A stretch of 24,000 nt of DNA, taken from assembly GCF_040642015.1 (NCBI RefSeq), contig NZ_JBFAEO010000016.1:78729-102728 (forward strand). The letters are read 5' to 3'. Origin of the DNA: Actinosynnema sp. NPDC020468. Lineage in GTDB: Bacteria; Actinomycetota; Actinomycetes; Mycobacteriales; Pseudonocardiaceae. Every line of letters starts with the position of its first letter. Position 1 is the stretch's first letter. A program made the translations under genes and the position numbers. Below the pieces are notes generated by a model. That model did not search any database, was not told the DNA's origin, and worked only from the letters and a program-made list of their open reading frames with translations. Below, piece by piece: positions 1 to 7,487 of this stretch.

Positions 1-36
1 GGCCACGTCCTCCACGACGGGCTGGTGGGCGCTCAC
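1..36 (-). CDS. 5' end only of an unidentified gene translationally coupled to the RsbT-like gene (window-truncated)
   Basis: GTG at 36..34 overlaps the RsbT-like stop (35..33) as GTGA. The reverse strand reads VSAHQPVVEDVA. Only 12 codons are visible. By synteny with RsbRST clusters a phosphatase would be expected, but that is inference only. Confidence 0.3.
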   Translation of the reverse strand, partial: MSAHQPVVEDVA

Positions 37-446
37 CTCTTCCACTTGACCACCGTGACGGTGGTGCCGCGGCCCACCTCGGTGTCCAGGTCGAACTCGT
101 CCACCAGGCGCCGCGCGCCGCTGAGCCCGAGGCCGAGCCCGCTGCCGCTGCTCCACCCGTCGGCCAGCGCGAGGCCGGTGTCCGGGATGCCCGGACCCGT
201 GTCGCTGAACGCCGCGCGCACGCCGCTGCGCCTGCCGTCGCCGACGACCTGGATGCTCGCCGCGCCGCCACCGCCGTAGATCAGCGTGTTGCGGGCCAGC
301 TCGCTCGCCGCGGTGACCAGTTTGGTCTGGTCCACCAGGGACAACTTGACCCGCTGCGCGTAGGTCCGGACCAATTGGCGCACCCGCACCACGTCGTCGT
401 CACCGGCGATCGGCAGGACCTCCGGCTCCGCGCCGGCGGCGGTCAC
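33..446 (-). CDS. RsbT-like anti-sigma regulatory factor / serine protein kinase (HATPase_c fold)
   Basis: 137-aa ORF with high GC3. It carries the GHKL N-box-like ELARNTLIYG, the G1/G2 boxes DTGPGI and GSGLGLGLSGARRL, and ends in GTTVTVVKW. The GTG start overlaps the upstream stop as GTGA. Confidence 0.88.
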   Translation of the reverse strand: MTAAGAEPEVLPIAGDDDVVRVRQLVRTYAQRVKLSLVDQTKLVTAASELARNTLIYGGGGAASIQVVGDGRRSGVRAAFSDTGPGIPDTGLALADGWSSGSGLGLGLSGARRLVDEFDLDTEVGRGTTVTVVKWKR

Positions 447-817
447 AGTGCTCCTCTTCGCCGTTCGCCGAGGACCTTGAGGATCTTCATGCCCCGCTGG
501 AGGTCCAGCGCGGTGCGCACGTCACCGAGCGTCAGCCCCAGCTCCACGAGGGTGATCGCCACGGCCGGCCGCATGCCGACCACCACGGTGTCGGCGTCGA
601 ACAGCTTCGACAGCGACGCGATGGTGGCGAACATCCGCCCGATGAACGAGTCCACGATCTCCACCGCGGAGATGTCGATCACCACGCCGTGCGCGCCGGT
701 CGCGCTGATGCGCTCGGCGAGGTCTTCCTGGAGGGCGAGGACGCTCTGGTCGTGCAGGTCGATCTGGATCGACACCAGCAGGACGCCACCGAGTTCCAGG
801 ATCGGCACGCGCTCCAT
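443..817 (-). CDS. RsbS-like single STAS-domain protein (stressosome scaffold / antagonist)
   Basis: 124 aa starting at ATG 817..815 (MERVPILELGGVLLVSIQ...). The STAS core is VVIDISAVEIVDSFIG, with the conserved phosphorylatable Ser in the DS motif. The longer 479-aa track ORF is an Arg/Gly-rich shadow extension. The start overlaps the RsbR-like stop (TGATG). Confidence 0.88.
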   Translation of the reverse strand: MERVPILELGGVLLVSIQIDLHDQSVLALQEDLAERISATGAHGVVIDISAVEIVDSFIGRMFATIASLSKLFDADTVVVGMRPAVAITLVELGLTLGDVRTALDLQRGMKILKVLGERRRGAL

Positions 818-1668
818 CAGTGGGTCCTCCCCTTGACCACTTCGACTCCCTCGCGGCGCAACGCGTGCCGGAGCGCGTCGGCGAGCGAGGCCTTCGTGGC
901 GATGTCGCCGAACTCGATGCCCAGCTCCACGATGGTTTGCGCGATCTGCGGCCGGATGCCCGAGATCGTGCACTCGGCGCCCATCAGCCTGGCCGCGACG
1001 ACCGTCTTGAGCAGGTGCTGGGCGACCTGGGTGTCGACCGCCAGCACGCCGGTGATGTCGATGATGGCGTGCTCGGAGCCGGTTTCGACCAGCGCCTCCA
1101 GCAGCTTCTCCATCACCACCTGGGTGCGCGCGGAGTCGAGCGTGCCGACCAGCGGCACGGCCAGGATGCCCTCCCACAGCTTCACGACCGGGGTGGTCAG
1201 CTCCAGCAGCTGCTCGGACTGCTCCTGGATGATCTCCTCGCGGGCGCGGGTGTAGGTGTCGAAGGTGTACAGGCCCAGCGCGTCCAGCAGGCCGGAGAAC
1301 CGGATGAGCTGGCGGTACAGGTCCGGGTCCTCGTCGTTCTGGGCCAGCTCGAACGCGGACTGCTTGAGCGCGAACACGCTCGACGCCGTCTCGGTGGGCG
1401 TGTAGCCGCCCCGCGCCCTGACCCGGGAGATCTCGGCCAGCTGCGACCGGACCTCGTCGAACCGCGCGCCCCCCACGTCGCGACCGTCGCCGTCGGCCAG
1501 CGGGAGCAGCGCGGCGAACAGCTCGCGGAAGTCGCGCTCCAACTCGGCGTGCGTCGACCGGCCCCGCACCTCCGCGGCGGCGATCTCGACCCACCGCCGG
1601 ACGACGGTGTCCGCCTGCTCCCGGAGCAGCGCGGTCAACCGGTGGGCGTTCTCTTCGCCTGCAACCAC
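817..1668 (-). CDS. RsbR-like stressosome sensor: N-terminal RsbRD-type helical (globin-like) domain plus C-terminal STAS
   Basis: 283 aa. The C-terminus reads PVVKLWEGILAVPLVGTLDSART...IIDITGVLAVDTQVAQ...GAECTISGIRPQIAQTIVELG, a STAS domain with a phosphorylatable Thr in the DT motif. The GTG start at 1668 is preceded by AGGAGG at 5 nt spacing. Confidence 0.88.
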   Translation of the reverse strand: MVAGEENAHRLTALLREQADTVVRRWVEIAAAEVRGRSTHAELERDFRELFAALLPLADGDGRDVGGARFDEVRSQLAEISRVRARGGYTPTETASSVFALKQSAFELAQNDEDPDLYRQLIRFSGLLDALGLYTFDTYTRAREEIIQEQSEQLLELTTPVVKLWEGILAVPLVGTLDSARTQVVMEKLLEALVETGSEHAIIDITGVLAVDTQVAQHLLKTVVAARLMGAECTISGIRPQIAQTIVELGIEFGDIATKASLADALRHALRREGVEVVKGRTH

Positions 1669-1867
1669 AGGTTCCTCCTCTTGGGCTTCTTCCCGAGACA
1701 GTAGTGCCGACGTGATCGCGCTTCAGCACAAGTCCACCGGGCGGCACCGGAACCGACCGTACCGGAGCCTTACTCCGTTTCGTGCCGCGGGCCGCCCGGG
1801 CCGGAGCGCCCGACCAGCGGTTTCCCCGACGCGGACCGGACCGCCGGCGACCACCGGGCCGTCGATG

Positions 1868-1880
1868 GTCCACAGTGGAC
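1868..1880. promoter_or_regulatory. 13-bp perfect palindrome GTCCACAGTGGAC (copy 1 of 4), candidate operator
   Basis: Lies in the rsbR-like/tetR divergent intergenic region, 50 nt upstream of the TetR ATG (1930). The same palindrome recurs at 4062, 9187 and 16399. Confidence 0.6.
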
Positions 1881-1929
1881 ATCCCGGCCGGCGCACGCGG
1901 AGGTACCCTCCTGCCGTGGAGTGGTCCCG

Positions 1930-2505
1930 ATGAGCGCCGCGGGCGCGGGTCGTCGCCCGATGCGGTCCGACGCGCGGCGCAACCGCGCGACGCTGGTCGA
2001 GGTGGCGCGGAAGGTCTTCGCCGAGCACGGCGCGGACGCCTCCTTGGAGGAGATCGCGCGGCAGTCCGGTGTCGGCATCGGCACCCTGTACCGGCACTTC
2101 CCGACCCGGGAGACGCTGCTCGACGCGGTGGTCCGGGACCGGGTCGCGGCGCTGTCGGACAACGCGACGCGGCAGCTGGGCGGGTCGGACCCGGCGGAGG
2201 CGCTGCTGGGCTGGCTGCGCGAGGTGATCCGGCACGCCGCCACCTACCGCGGGCTGACCGCCGCGCTGATGGTCCACCTGCACGACACCGACCCGCTCTA
2301 CGAGACGTGCCTGACGATGCACAAGACGGCGGCCGAACTGCTCTCCCGCGCGCAGCGGGCGGGCGCGGTGCGCGCGGGCGTGGACGCCACCGACCTGTTC
2401 GGCGTGGTCAACGCGATCGGCTGGCTGGCCGAGCACACCCCGGACCGCGAGGACGGCGTGGACCGCGCGCTCGACATCGTGGTGAACGGGCTGCGCGGCC
2501 GGTAG
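1930..2505 (+). CDS. TetR/AcrR family transcriptional regulator
   Basis: The N-terminal HTH signature is RRNRATLVEVARKVFAEHGADASLEEIARQSGVGIGTLYRHFPTRE. ATG 1930 is preferred over GTG 1921 because GGAG (1918..1921) sits 8 nt upstream of it. Confidence 0.9.
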   Translation: MSAAGAGRRPMRSDARRNRATLVEVARKVFAEHGADASLEEIARQSGVGIGTLYRHFPTRETLLDAVVRDRVAALSDNATRQLGGSDPAEALLGWLREVIRHAATYRGLTAALMVHLHDTDPLYETCLTMHKTAAELLSRAQRAGAVRAGVDATDLFGVVNAIGWLAEHTPDREDGVDRALDIVVNGLRGR

Positions 2506-2563
2506 CCGACGCGCGCGGCGGCCCAGCCGGGCGTGCGCGCGTCGGGCCGCCTAGGCTTCCGGC

Positions 2564-3184
2564 ATGGCCAGGTACCTCGACGTCCACCCGGTGAACCCGC
2601 AGAAGCGCACCATCGACCAGGTGGTGGCGCTGATCCGCGACGGCGGCCTGATCGCCTACCCGACCGACTCCTGCTACGCGCTGGGCTGCGCGCTGGGCAA
2701 CAAGGAGGGTCTGGACCGGATCCGGCAGATCCGGCACCTGGACGACAAGCACCACTTCACCCTGATGTGCCGGGACTTCGCGCAGCTGGGCCAGTTCGCG
2801 CAGGTGGACAACGCGGTGTTCCGCGCGGTGAAGGCGGCGACGCCCGGCAGCTACACGTTCATCCTCCCGGCCACCCGCGAGGTGCCGCGCCGGTTGTTGC
2901 ACCCCAAGAAGAAGACCGTCGGCGCGCGCATCCCGCAGCACCCGGTGGCACTGGCGATCCTGGCCGAGCTGGGCGAGCCGCTGCTGTCCAGCACGCTGCT
3001 GCTGCCCGACCAGGCCGAGCCGCTGGTGCAGGGCTGGGAGATCAAGGAACTGCTCGACCACCAGGTGGACGCCGTGCTCGACTCGGGCGACTGCGGCACC
3101 GAGCCGACCACGGTCGTCGACTTCTCCGACGGCGAGCCGGAGATCGTGCGGGTGGGCGCGGGCGACCCCGCGCGGTTCGCATGA
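2564..3184 (+). CDS. L-threonylcarbamoyladenylate synthase family protein (YrdC/YciO/Sua5 domain)
   Basis: 206 aa with the family motifs IAYPTDSCYALGC, KHHFTLMC, PGSYTFIL, VGARIP and TTVVDFS. The single-domain length fits the YciO/YrdC subgroup. Confidence 0.88.
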   Translation: MARYLDVHPVNPQKRTIDQVVALIRDGGLIAYPTDSCYALGCALGNKEGLDRIRQIRHLDDKHHFTLMCRDFAQLGQFAQVDNAVFRAVKAATPGSYTFILPATREVPRRLLHPKKKTVGARIPQHPVALAILAELGEPLLSSTLLLPDQAEPLVQGWEIKELLDHQVDAVLDSGDCGTEPTTVVDFSDGEPEIVRVGAGDPARFA

Positions 3185-3188
3185 GCCG

Positions 3189-4025
3189 CTAGTCCGGCAC
3201 CCCCGCGTTGATCCCGATCAGCAGCAGGCTCCACGCGGTGTAGGGCACCGTCGCGACGAACGCGATGAGGCCGTGCCGGAAGCGCTGACCGGGTGTGCCG
3301 GTCACCTCGCCGCCGCACGCCCACTGCCAGACCACCACGAGCAGCACCGGCACGATCACCGAGTGCGGGATGAACAACACCGCCCACGCCGTGTCGTGGC
3401 GCCACTCCGGACCCAGCAGCAGTTGTGCCACCAGGGCGAGCGCCCAGGCGACGGCGGCGGTCACCAGGGTCCTGACCGTGCGCAGCCGCGCCACCTCGCG
3501 CGGGCGACGGGACCAGAGCACCGCGCCGACCGTCGCGAGCACCGCCAGCACGCCGGTGAGGATCAGGCCGAACGCCATCCAGTTCAGGTCGATCAGGTCG
3601 CGGTACCAGGGGAAGTCCGACCGCAGGTCGGCGGCCACGTCGGCGGGCACGGCGACCGGCCCCAGGTACAGCCACGGCCGGACCAGGCCGTAGTCGGAGG
3701 ACTTGCGGCAGGACACCCGTTCGCCGCCGTAGGTGGCCTCGCAGGAGCCCGTGAAGGTGGCGACGTCGGAGATCAGCTCGAGCGGTTTGCCGGCCAACTG
3801 CACCGTGCAGGTGACGGTCGTTCCACTGTCGGCGCAGGGGATGTCGCCGTGCGACAGGGAGAACTGCGGTGTGTCGACGCGGATCAGGCCGTCGGTGAAC
3901 CGGCTCGACGCGACCGGGATCAGCGCGATCACCAGGGCGAGCAGGAAGACGGGAAGCATCAGGGGCAGGTGGCGCAGCGGGCCCGCGGCGCTCCGGGTGA
4001 CGGTGGTCAAGGTCCACCTCCTCAT
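3189..4025 (-). CDS. Hypothetical polytopic membrane protein with a Cys-containing extracytoplasmic segment
   Basis: High GC3. There is an N-terminal TM helix (LPLMLPVFLLALVIALIPV), a roughly 90-aa loop with 4 Cys, then 4-5 hydrophobic helices. The start is ambiguous: ATG 4025, TTG 4010 (AGGAGG 6 nt upstream) or the track GTG 4067, which lies inside the palindrome. Confidence 0.65.
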   Translation of the reverse strand: MRRWTLTTVTRSAAGPLRHLPLMLPVFLLALVIALIPVASSRFTDGLIRVDTPQFSLSHGDIPCADSGTTVTCTVQLAGKPLELISDVATFTGSCEATYGGERVSCRKSSDYGLVRPWLYLGPVAVPADVAADLRSDFPWYRDLIDLNWMAFGLILTGVLAVLATVGAVLWSRRPREVARLRTVRTLVTAAVAWALALVAQLLLGPEWRHDTAWAVLFIPHSVIVPVLLVVVWQWACGGEVTGTPGQRFRHGLIAFVATVPYTAWSLLLIGINAGVPD

Positions 4026-4061
4026 CACGGGGATCGACGCCGCGCGCGCTCGCGTTAGCTG

Positions 4062-4074
4062 GTCCACTGTGGAC
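4062..4074. promoter_or_regulatory. 13-bp palindrome GTCCACTGTGGAC (copy 2 of 4) followed by an extra TGTGGAC half-site (4075..4081)
   Basis: Read directly from the sequence. It lies 37-52 nt upstream of the likely start of the membrane-protein gene (minus strand) and downstream of the hydrolase stop (4132). Confidence 0.6.
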
Positions 4075-4131
4075 TGTGGACGGCGGTTCTCCCTTTCGTG
4101 CGAACGGAACCGCGCCGGTCAGCCGAACGGA

Positions 4132-4710
4132 TCAGTCGAGCGCGGCGACGAACCGGTTCAGCCGGTCGGTCACCTCGACGAGGATCCGCGCCGAGCGGAC
4201 CGGGTCGGCGGGCACCTCCAGGGCGTGGTCGGCCTCCGGCACCTCCAGCAGCGCGTGGCCGAGTTCGCGGGCCCGGTCGGCGTGCCACAGGGCGTCGGCC
4301 GCGCCGCCGACGAGCAGGGTCGGCGCGGTGGCCGCGCGGAGCCGGTCGACCACCGCGGGCTCGACCAGCAGCGGGGTGAGCCAGACCGCGGGCAGCGCGC
4401 GTTCGGCGGCCAGTCCGGCGGCCGGCGAGCCGAGCGACTTGCCGACCAGCAGCACCCGGGACGCGGTCTCCTCGGCCAGTGCCGCGCTCGCCTGCTCCGC
4501 GACCCAGGCGGTCCGCTCCTCGGGGTTCGGCCACGCCGGCGGCCGCCACCACACCTCGCGCACGGTCCAGCCCAGGCTCAGCAGGACCAGGCGGGTCAGG
4601 TGCAGCAGCGGGCGGGCCGGGGTGTACCCGCCGCCGGGCAGCACGAGCGCAAGGCGGTCCGGGTCGGCGGCGTAGCGGGTCTGGTCGGCCACGCCGTCGA
4701 GGCTACTCAT
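4132..4710 (-). CDS. Alpha/beta hydrolase fold protein
   Basis: 192 aa with the nucleophile elbow GKSLG (GxSxG). A C-terminal EADHALE supplies a candidate catalytic His. An alternative leaderless GTG start lies at 4692. Confidence 0.75.
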   Translation of the reverse strand: MSSLDGVADQTRYAADPDRLALVLPGGGYTPARPLLHLTRLVLLSLGWTVREVWWRPPAWPNPEERTAWVAEQASAALAEETASRVLLVGKSLGSPAAGLAAERALPAVWLTPLLVEPAVVDRLRAATAPTLLVGGAADALWHADRARELGHALLEVPEADHALEVPADPVRSARILVEVTDRLNRFVAALD

Positions 4711-4721
4711 AGGGTGGCGGC

Positions 4722-5105
4722 ATGTTCACGGACGAGGAAAGCCGGACCCTGCGCACCGCGGTCTACGGCGCGATGGTGCTGGTGTCGGTGGCCGACGAGG
4801 GCGCGGTGGACGAGGAGAGCCACGCCGGCGTCAGGGCCATGACCGCGCTCGCGCCCGAGGTGCACACCGCCATCGCCGCCGCCGCGCCCGAACTGCCCGC
4901 GGGCTCGGTGCGCGACGTGGAGGACGGCGTGCTGACGGCCCTGCGCGCGTCGATCACCCTGCTCACCGCGCGCTCGACCGCGCAGGCCCGCGCCTTCGCC
5001 GACGCGGTGCTGGAGATCTGCGCCGAGGTCGCCGCCGCCGACGGGCACGTGGACCAGGCGGAAAGCGCGACCGTGGCCGCGATCCGGACCGCCCTGCGCG
5101 GCTGA
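4722..5105 (+). CDS. Hypothetical protein, TerB-like (tellurite-resistance TerB fold) C-terminal motif
   Basis: 127 aa with high GC3. The C-terminal EICAEVAAADGHVDQAESATVAAIRTAL resembles the TerB ADG-x-E repeat. A TAGGGT -10-like hexamer ends 6 nt before the ATG, suggesting a leaderless transcript. Confidence 0.6.
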   Translation: MFTDEESRTLRTAVYGAMVLVSVADEGAVDEESHAGVRAMTALAPEVHTAIAAAAPELPAGSVRDVEDGVLTALRASITLLTARSTAQARAFADAVLEICAEVAAADGHVDQAESATVAAIRTALRG

Positions 5106-5138
5106 GCACCGCACGGTTCTCGGTGCCCCGACGGGCGT

Positions 5139-5169
5139 GATCGGCCGCGCGACGACCGCGCGGCCGATC
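5139..5169. terminator. GC-rich perfect hairpin (13-bp stem, 5-nt loop) between convergent genes
   Basis: GATCGGCCGCGCG-acgac-CGCGCGGCCGATC. There is no T-tract, as is common in high-GC actinobacteria. It sits between the TerB-like stop (5105) and the MBL stop (5310). Confidence 0.55.
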
Positions 5170-5309
5170 GCCGGACCGGGTCGGCGCGCCGGGCCGCGAG
5201 CGCCGACCGCGCGTCGACCGGGCGTCGACCGCAAGACCTCCCCCGACCGGGCCTGCCGCGTCCGTCAGGCGCGACTCGTTGTACGGCAAGGACATCAGGC
5301 CCGCCGGCG

Positions 5310-6044
5310 TCACCAGCCCCGGGCGCGCCACTCCTCGACGTGGTCGCGTTCGGCGGCCACCGCGGTGCTCTCGCCGTGTCCCGGGTGGATCGCGGTGGCG
5401 TCGGGGAAGGCCAGCAGGCGGGTCACGCTGGTCATGATCGCGTCGAACGAGCTGTGCGCCCACTCCGCGCCGGTGAGGCCGGGGCCGCCGGGGAACAGGG
5501 TGTCGCCGGTCAGCAGGTGGCCCGGCAGCGACACGGTCAGGCCGCCCGGCGTGTGGCCCGGGGTGTGCAGCAGGGTCGCGGTGAGCGGACCCAGGGTCAC
5601 CGTGTGGCCGTCGGTGACCGGGGTGCTCGTGCCGTCCCAGATCGGCCGGCCGGGTTCGGGTACCGCGCGGGCCTCGGAGGTGCCGGCGTCCCAGTGGCCG
5701 TGGCGCGCCAGGAAGTCCAGCTCGGTCGGCCACACCACCGCGTCGGCCGGGTGGGCCAACACCGGCACGTCCCACTCGGCCGCGACCACCGGCACCGCCA
5801 GCACGTGGTCGCTGTGCGCGTGGGTCAGCACCACCGCCCGCACCTGGAACCCCTCGCACGCGGCGAGCAGCGCGTCCGGGTCGTCGCCCGGGTCCACGAC
5901 CAGCGCCTCCCGCGCGTTGGGCGCGGTGACGATCCAGCAGTTGGTGTCCAGGTGCCCGACCACGACCCGGCGCAGGCGCACCGACCCGTCCACGATCTCG
6001 TCCACGAATCCCCCTTCGTCGGCGACCATCCTGGCAAACGACAT
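5310..6044 (-). CDS. MBL-fold metallo-hydrolase (glyoxalase II-like)
   Basis: Carries the HxHxDH motif LTHAHSDH, plus TPGHTPGG, a later GD..F, and HPGHG. The start is taken as ATG 6044 (alternative ATG 6029). The upstream extension to 6263 is non-protein-like. Confidence 0.88.
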   Translation of the reverse strand: MSFARMVADEGGFVDEIVDGSVRLRRVVVGHLDTNCWIVTAPNAREALVVDPGDDPDALLAACEGFQVRAVVLTHAHSDHVLAVPVVAAEWDVPVLAHPADAVVWPTELDFLARHGHWDAGTSEARAVPEPGRPIWDGTSTPVTDGHTVTLGPLTATLLHTPGHTPGGLTVSLPGHLLTGDTLFPGGPGLTGAEWAHSSFDAIMTSVTRLLAFPDATAIHPGHGESTAVAAERDHVEEWRARGW

Positions 6045-6138
6045 CACCCGTCGTGACCGTCGATGCGCCCGGTTGCCCCCTGGCACCGGACGACTCCGCT
6101 GTGTGACCGTTCTCCCCTGACCCGAGGGAGGACCACCG

Positions 6139-6471
6139 GTGAGGAAGATCCTGATCCCGCTCGTCGCGGCGGCGGCCGTGACCGGACTGACGACGACACC
6201 CGCGAACGCCGCCACCGCGCAGGTGCGGTGCGAGAGCGGCCGTTCGCGGTACGTCTGCGACACCGCCTACAGCGGGCCGATCCCGACGTCGGTGCGCTGG
6301 GAGTACAACGGCGAGCCGCTGTCGGCCGCCGACGACCGCTTCGACACCGGCAAGCGGCGGCGGTGCGACGCCGACGAGGAGTTCACCGTGTCGGTCACCA
6401 TCACCAGCACCACCGACGAGCCGGTGACCTCGACCGACACGTTCTACTGCGAGCCCGGCGCCTGGCCCTGA
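6139..6471 (+). CDS. Small secreted protein (Sec signal peptide, 4 Cys), unknown function
   Basis: GTG 6139 has GAGGGAGGA 6 nt upstream. The signal peptide is MRKILIPLVAAAAVTGLTTTPANA/A. The mature part is about 85 aa with 4 Cys and high GC3. Confidence 0.7.
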   Translation: MRKILIPLVAAAAVTGLTTTPANAATAQVRCESGRSRYVCDTAYSGPIPTSVRWEYNGEPLSAADDRFDTGKRRRCDADEEFTVSVTITSTTDEPVTSTDTFYCEPGAWP

Positions 6472-7277
6472 TCGGCGGGCCACAGCCAGTCCAGCGCGTC
6501 CGGCACCGCCCGCAGCACCGAGATGTGCCCGTCGCCCGCGCGGACCAGCAGGTCCGACGCGGGCAGGCGGGCGTGCTGCCAGGCGGCGTGCGACGGCGGC
6601 ACCACGCGGTCCTCGTCGCCCTGCACCAGCAACACCCGGCCGGTGACGTCGGCGAGGTCGAAACCCCACGGCCGGACGAACGCCTCGTCGTCGGCCACCT
6701 CCCCCTCGTCGCCGTCCTCACCCGCGCGTTGCGCGTCCTCGCCCAGGCACCGCCACTCCCCGGCCAGCGCCGCCCAGTCCGCGCCGGTGAAGCTCTCGGG
6801 GTCGAATTCCTCCTCGAACGCCGCCCGCTCCCCCGCCACCGCGGCCCGCAGCGCGCCCGGCGCGGCCATGCCCGCGAACCAGTCGAACTCCTCGGTGTAG
6901 GGCCCGACACCGGCCAGGCACACCGCGCCGACCACCCGGTCCGGCAGCGCGGCGGCGCACGCCAACGCGTGCGGCCCACCGCCCGAGGCGCCCATCACCG
7001 CGAACCGGTCGACGCCCAGCGCGTCCGCCACCCGCGCCACGTCGTCCGCCGCCGACGCCACCACCCGGCCAGGGTCCGGGGTCGACCCGCCGTACCCGGG
7101 CCGCCCGTAGGAGATCAGCCGGACACCCCGCTCCGCGCACGCCCGCACCACCGGGTCGAGCAGCGCGCCGGTCTGCGGCGAACCGTGGTGCCACACCAGC
7201 ACCCGCTCCCCGGCTCCCGCCTCGTGCACCCGCACCACCCGGCCACCGGCCACCGCCACGTCCCGACCCACGTCCAT
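6444..7277 (-). CDS. Alpha/beta hydrolase
   Basis: 277 aa from ATG 7277. It has the HG oxyanion motif WHHGSP, the nucleophile elbow MGASGGG, and late acid/His candidates (VQGDEDRV, GDGH). The 3' end overlaps the convergent small secreted ORF by 28 nt. Confidence 0.85.
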   Translation of the reverse strand: MDVGRDVAVAGGRVVRVHEAGAGERVLVWHHGSPQTGALLDPVVRACAERGVRLISYGRPGYGGSTPDPGRVVASAADDVARVADALGVDRFAVMGASGGGPHALACAAALPDRVVGAVCLAGVGPYTEEFDWFAGMAAPGALRAAVAGERAAFEEEFDPESFTGADWAALAGEWRCLGEDAQRAGEDGDEGEVADDEAFVRPWGFDLADVTGRVLLVQGDEDRVVPPSHAAWQHARLPASDLLVRAGDGHISVLRAVPDALDWLWPADQGQAPGSQ

Positions 7278-7487
7278 GCGCCCATCGTCGTCGGCCGGCC
7301 GCCCGATGGCGAGCGGTGCGCACCCGACGCGCCGCGAAACGGCGTCCGCACGGGCGTTTTGGGGTCGGTTTCCGATCTTGGTCTCGCCGCGGGAACGGGT
7401 TGTCGAACCGGGGGCGAACGCCCGTGCCACCGCTGGTCGCACCGTGTCGGGAATGGACTACGGTGCGCCCGTCGAAAGGAGCCGACG

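Noticed and set aside
1899-1911. GGAGGTACCCTCC mini-palindrome containing GGGTAC on the minus strand, a possible SigB/SigF-type -10 for the rsbR-like operon.
   Set aside because: No GTTT/GNNTN-type -35 lies at 14-16 nt, and the site is about 230 nt from the rsbR-like start. The evidence is too weak to call a promoter.
5278-5288. The 11-mer GTTGTACGGCA is shared between 5278..5288 and 16472..16482.
   Set aside because: In 24 kb, dozens of chance 11-mer coincidences are expected from the number of pairwise comparisons. The flanks do not match and there is no symmetry.
7403-7418. LexA SOS-box-like TCGAAC-CGGG-GGCGAA upstream of the DUF2252 gene.
   Set aside because: The second half-site matches GTTCGA at only 3 of 6 positions, so it is not a credible SOS box.
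7445-7464. PafBC/RecA-NDp-like TGTCGGGA...TACGGT upstream of the DUF2252 gene.
   Set aside because: The spacing between the TGTCR core and the TANNNT hexamer is 8 nt instead of about 11, and the GTG part of the motif is absent.
6063-7487. N-terminal extensions of real genes suggested by the longest-ORF track: DUF2252 to 6063, RsbS-like to 1882, MBL to 6263, hydrolase to 7442, membrane protein to 4067, sensor to 16473, and small ORF to 8892.
   Set aside because: The extensions are low-complexity, overlap neighbouring genes or intergenic regulatory DNA, and lack SD sequences. Internal starts with good SD spacing and family-typical N-termini exist: 7488, 817, 6044, 7277, 4025/4010, 16536 and 9132/9240.
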